Of a stretch of DNA of 7,552 nucleotides, positions 4,653 through 7,552 are shown piece after piece (positions within the stretch are counted from its first letter, which is position 1; each line of letters opens with the position of its first letter). The stretch lies in NCBI GenBank assembly GCA_048939465.1, contig JBHLPL010000094.1:1-7552 (forward strand). The letters run 5' to 3'. The stretch comes from Promethearchaeota archaeon (GTDB lineage Archaea > Asgardarchaeota > Odinarchaeia > Odinarchaeales > JBHLKK01). The position numbers and the translations under genes were made by a program. The notes beneath the pieces are model-generated. The model was not told where the DNA came from, made no database searches, and saw nothing but the letters and a program-made list of their open reading frames with translations.

Positions 4653-5813
4653 TTATTCCTTTTCCTCGAGTTCTTGATATATTTCTCTCTGGATTACAAA
4701 CCTTTGAACCTCGCTTGTACCTCCGCCAATTCTCATAAGACGGGAATCTCTCATGAGCTTCTCCACGATTGTCTCATTGGTGTAGCCAATTCCCCCCAAC
4801 ACTTGAAGAGCATCATCACAGACCTGAAAGGCCGTCTCTGTTGCAAACAATTTTGCCATAGATGCTTCTTTCGTTGCTCTCAAACCCCGATCTATCATTC
4901 TTGCCGCTCTGAGAGTTAAAAGCCTTGCCGCTTCTATTTTTGTGCCCATATCTGCTATTCTGAAGCTAATAGCCTCGAACCTTCTAATCGGACGCTTAAA
5001 TTGAATTCGCTCTGAAGAGTGCTTCACAGCGGTTTCAAAAGCACCCCTTGCATAGCCTACAGCTTCACCTGCAATTGCTATCCTCTCGGAGTCTAACTCA
5101 TCCATTAGGATGTTGAAACCTTGATTTTGTCCCTTCAATATGTTTTCTTCGTCTATCCTATAACCTTCAAGAACGAAGTGTGTATTCCTGCATCCTTTCA
5201 TGCCCATCAAATCGAAGTCCTTTACAATCCTGAAGCCAGGCCTATCACACTCGATGATGAAAGCAGTCATACCCTTTCTCGGATCTACGTTCGGATCCGT
5301 TATGGCGAAAAGGATCATATAGTCTGAGACACTGCCGTTTGTAATAAATCGCTTTTCTCCGTTTATAATCCAGTCATCCCCATCCTTTACAGCCTTCGTC
5401 TCCATGGCGGCTACATCTGAGCCAGCATTTGGTTCAGTTATGGCGATTGCTCCAATCTTCTCACCCCCGATTATTGGGGTCAAGTATTTCCTTTTCTGCT
5501 CTTCTGTGGCATTCCGATTGATAGATATGCCGTAGAGCGTCGCTGAAGTCATACGAGACATGTCCAAACTAGGACTTACCGCCGAGATTTCCTCTGCTAA
5601 TATGGTTTCGTATACCATTCCTCTGTTGGATCCGCCGTATTCCTGAGGGTGCATTATTCCAAGAAAACCCTCTTTACCAAGATTTCTGATGATATCCCTA
5701 GGATACACATTCTTCTTCTCGATCTCGTCAACCTTTGGCACAACTTCTCTACGAACAAAGTCTTTTGCTTCTTCTCTAAACTCCAGTTCCTCATCGGAGA
5801 ATAACAAGGTCAT
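4653..5813 (-). CDS. Acyl-CoA dehydrogenase, isovaleryl-CoA dehydrogenase-like catalytic arrangement (386 aa)
   Basis: AITEPNAGSD, NGEKRFITNG, RIQFKRPI, QVLGGIGY and RDSRLMRIGGGTSEVQR. The helix-G Glu is present in LDSER. Confidence 0.95.
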   Translation of the reverse strand: MTLLFSDEELEFREEAKDFVRREVVPKVDEIEKKNVYPRDIIRNLGKEGFLGIMHPQEYGGSNRGMVYETILAEEISAVSPSLDMSRMTSATLYGISINRNATEEQKRKYLTPIIGGEKIGAIAITEPNAGSDVAAMETKAVKDGDDWIINGEKRFITNGSVSDYMILFAITDPNVDPRKGMTAFIIECDRPGFRIVKDFDLMGMKGCRNTHFVLEGYRIDEENILKGQNQGFNILMDELDSERIAIAGEAVGYARGAFETAVKHSSERIQFKRPIRRFEAISFRIADMGTKIEAARLLTLRAARMIDRGLRATKEASMAKLFATETAFQVCDDALQVLGGIGYTNETIVEKLMRDSRLMRIGGGTSEVQRFVIQREIYQELEEKE

Positions 5814-5967
5814 ATTCCTTACACCTTTCCTGATTATTCTTTTATGGGAGGTTGCTAATAATATAGGCCATCATAATTTAACGTTTCCCTCTTTCAGAGA
5901 ATCGACCTCATAATAGAGGATCAGAAAATCCATTCATTCTAAGAGTGAAAGGTTTGGGTAGAATGAC

Positions 5968-6708
5968 ATGTTGATTTGGATAGTTATGATTTTCGTTCTG
6001 CTGGCACTAACGGTCTTAATGGTGGGCTATCCTCGAATGAACTTCCCACGCAAACCTTGCGACGAGAGTATGGAGGACGTTAGATTAGTGAAAGCCTTTG
6101 ATAGGATAAGCCAGTGGCCTGGGTTTGAATTCATACGCAGGAACATTGTAAGGGAATTAAAGAGAATTCGTCCTAACGGGATTCTGGTGGATGCTGGCTG
6201 TGGCCCGGGCTATCTGATAATGCGTATTGCCAAAGAGATTCCTGACCTGAAGATCATTGGAGTCGACATATCACAAGGAATGATACAGAGGGCGTCTGTC
6301 AATCTCTCTTCCCTCGGGTTGAGCGACAAGGCGGAGTTCAGGAAGGGTGATATCAAGAGAATGCCCTTTGAGGATGATACAGTAGATCTCATAGTAAGCA
6401 CATTTTCCTTGCATCATTGGTCACATCCGGAAAGGTCATTGAGCGAAATTCATAGGATTCTGAAGCCTAAGGGAAAGTTCCTCCTCTTTGATTTCAGAAG
6501 GGACAGCCGCAGAATATTCTATTGGCTTCTCACATTTGCCTCAAGAACAGGACCCTCAGGACTCAGGGAGGCTAATGAACCAGTTTCATCCTTTCTATCA
6601 AGTTACACGGTTTGTGAAGTGAAGGCTCTTCTTTCCGAAACACAATTCATACGCTGGAAAATCAAACCAAGGCTCGGATGGATGTACATCTGGGCATTCA
6701 AAGGGTGA
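5968..6708 (+). CDS. Class I SAM-dependent methyltransferase with N-terminal membrane anchor (246 aa)
   Basis: Motif I VDAGCGPG, IIGVDIS and GDIKRMPFEDDTVDLIVSTFSLHHW. Hydrophobic N-terminus MLIWIVMIFVLLALTVLMVGY. Confidence 0.9.
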   Translation: MLIWIVMIFVLLALTVLMVGYPRMNFPRKPCDESMEDVRLVKAFDRISQWPGFEFIRRNIVRELKRIRPNGILVDAGCGPGYLIMRIAKEIPDLKIIGVDISQGMIQRASVNLSSLGLSDKAEFRKGDIKRMPFEDDTVDLIVSTFSLHHWSHPERSLSEIHRILKPKGKFLLFDFRRDSRRIFYWLLTFASRTGPSGLREANEPVSSFLSSYTVCEVKALLSETQFIRWKIKPRLGWMYIWAFKG

Positions 6709-6750
6709 AATAGACTCCTATTTCTCCGATCACGTTCAAAAGCGGTCGAT

Positions 6751-6767
6751 AAGGTAAACATTATAAG
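6751..6767 (+). promoter_or_regulatory. BRE/TATA candidate for the thiolase-like gene
   Basis: AAGGTAAACA-TTATAAG, with RBS-like AGGAG at 6816-6820. Confidence 0.4.
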
Positions 6768-6830
6768 TTTCCTTACATCATAAGTCATCTTCACGCAATA
6801 ATAGCCAATCACCTTAGGAGAGAAGGATAT

Positions 6831-7552
6831 TTGAGAAGAGTAGCAGTTGTCGGTGTTGGGAGTACAGAGATTAGATCAACAACACCCGATGTTTCTTTTA
6901 AGGAAATGATGTTCGAGGCAGCAACGAAGGCATATGAAGATGCCGGAGTAGATCCTAGGAGGGATGTCGATAGCTTCATAGCGGCTTCAGAAGACTACTG
7001 GGAAGGATACAGCATATTCGACGAGTTCGTTCCAGATCAAATAGGCGGATTGCTGAAACCGGTCTGCACAGTAACAGATGGACTGTTCGCCCTAATAACG
7101 GCATATATGCAGATACGTACGGGACTGGTGGATATAGCAGTAGTCGAAGCTCATAGCAAAGCCTCCGATATTCTCACTTTTGAAGGTATAGTAGCGTTTG
7201 CGTTAGATCCCATATATCATAGACCTTTAGGTGGACATCCGTTCTATATTGCCGGACTTGAAATGACACGATACTTAGCTGAAACTGATACGTCATTGGA
7301 AGAGTGTGCAATGGTCGTATCGAAAAATAAGAGAAACGCCTTGGACAATCCTTACGCCGCGTTCGGGACAAACATATCATCAGATGACGTGCTAGACTCA
7401 AAGCCCATGTTTTACCCCTTGAAAAACCTTGAAATCAGTCCCTTAGCAGATGCTTCCGTGGTCATAGTTATGGCCTCAGAAGATGTAGCAAGAAGGCTTA
7501 CAGATCTGCCTATCTGGATCAGAGGAGTAGGGTGGTGTTCTGATACTATTCA
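6831..7552 (+). CDS. Thiolase-fold / acetyl-CoA acetyltransferase-like protein (partial, runs off the right edge; not in the ORF track)
   Basis: The TTG-started frame is open to the window end: MRRVAVVGVG..SFKEMMFEAATKAYEDAGVDP..AYMQIRTGLVDIAVVEAHSK..VVSKNKRNALDNPYA..SPLADASVVIVMASEDVARRLTDLPIWIRGVG. This is the archaeal/SCP-x-type thiolase layout. Confidence 0.9.
   Translation, partial: MRRVAVVGVGSTEIRSTTPDVSFKEMMFEAATKAYEDAGVDPRRDVDSFIAASEDYWEGYSIFDEFVPDQIGGLLKPVCTVTDGLFALITAYMQIRTGLVDIAVVEAHSKASDILTFEGIVAFALDPIYHRPLGGHPFYIAGLEMTRYLAETDTSLEECAMVVSKNKRNALDNPYAAFGTNISSDDVLDSKPMFYPLKNLEISPLADASVVIVMASEDVARRLTDLPIWIRGVGWCSDTI

Noticed and set aside
4674-7401. ORFs 4674-4919, 5121-5327, 5689-5913, 6210-6401, 6603-6812 and 7174-7401
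   Set aside because: Antisense shadows of the ACAD, methyltransferase or thiolase genes, with no motifs.
1-7552. CRISPR array, rRNA or tRNA genes
   Set aside because: No regularly spaced repeats and no rRNA or tRNA signatures seen on either strand.

Overview
Archaeal genomic DNA. The evidence is TATA/BRE-like promoters, GGAGGTG-type ribosome-binding sites, frequent TTG/GTG starts and an Rpo5 RNA polymerase subunit; the lineage cannot be fixed from this window. In order, the window holds: the start of a secreted-protein gene (minus strand, runs off the left edge); a ~300 bp protein-less IS200/IS605-derived element that appears to encode an orphan TnpB-type omega RNA; an MBL-fold hydrolase; dodecin; a stand-alone YHS/TRASH protein missed by the ORF track; an M20-family hydrolase with a remodelled metal site; an Rpo5/RPB5 carrying a eukaryote-like N-terminal jaw domain and lying outside the rpoB operon; an IVD-type acyl-CoA dehydrogenase; a membrane-anchored class I methyltransferase; and a thiolase-like gene lacking the canonical CASG motif (missed by the ORF track, runs off the right edge). 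The strongest leads are the orphan omega RNA, the two-domain RPB5 and the M20 metal-site change. All structures and alignments were read by eye, with no database search.
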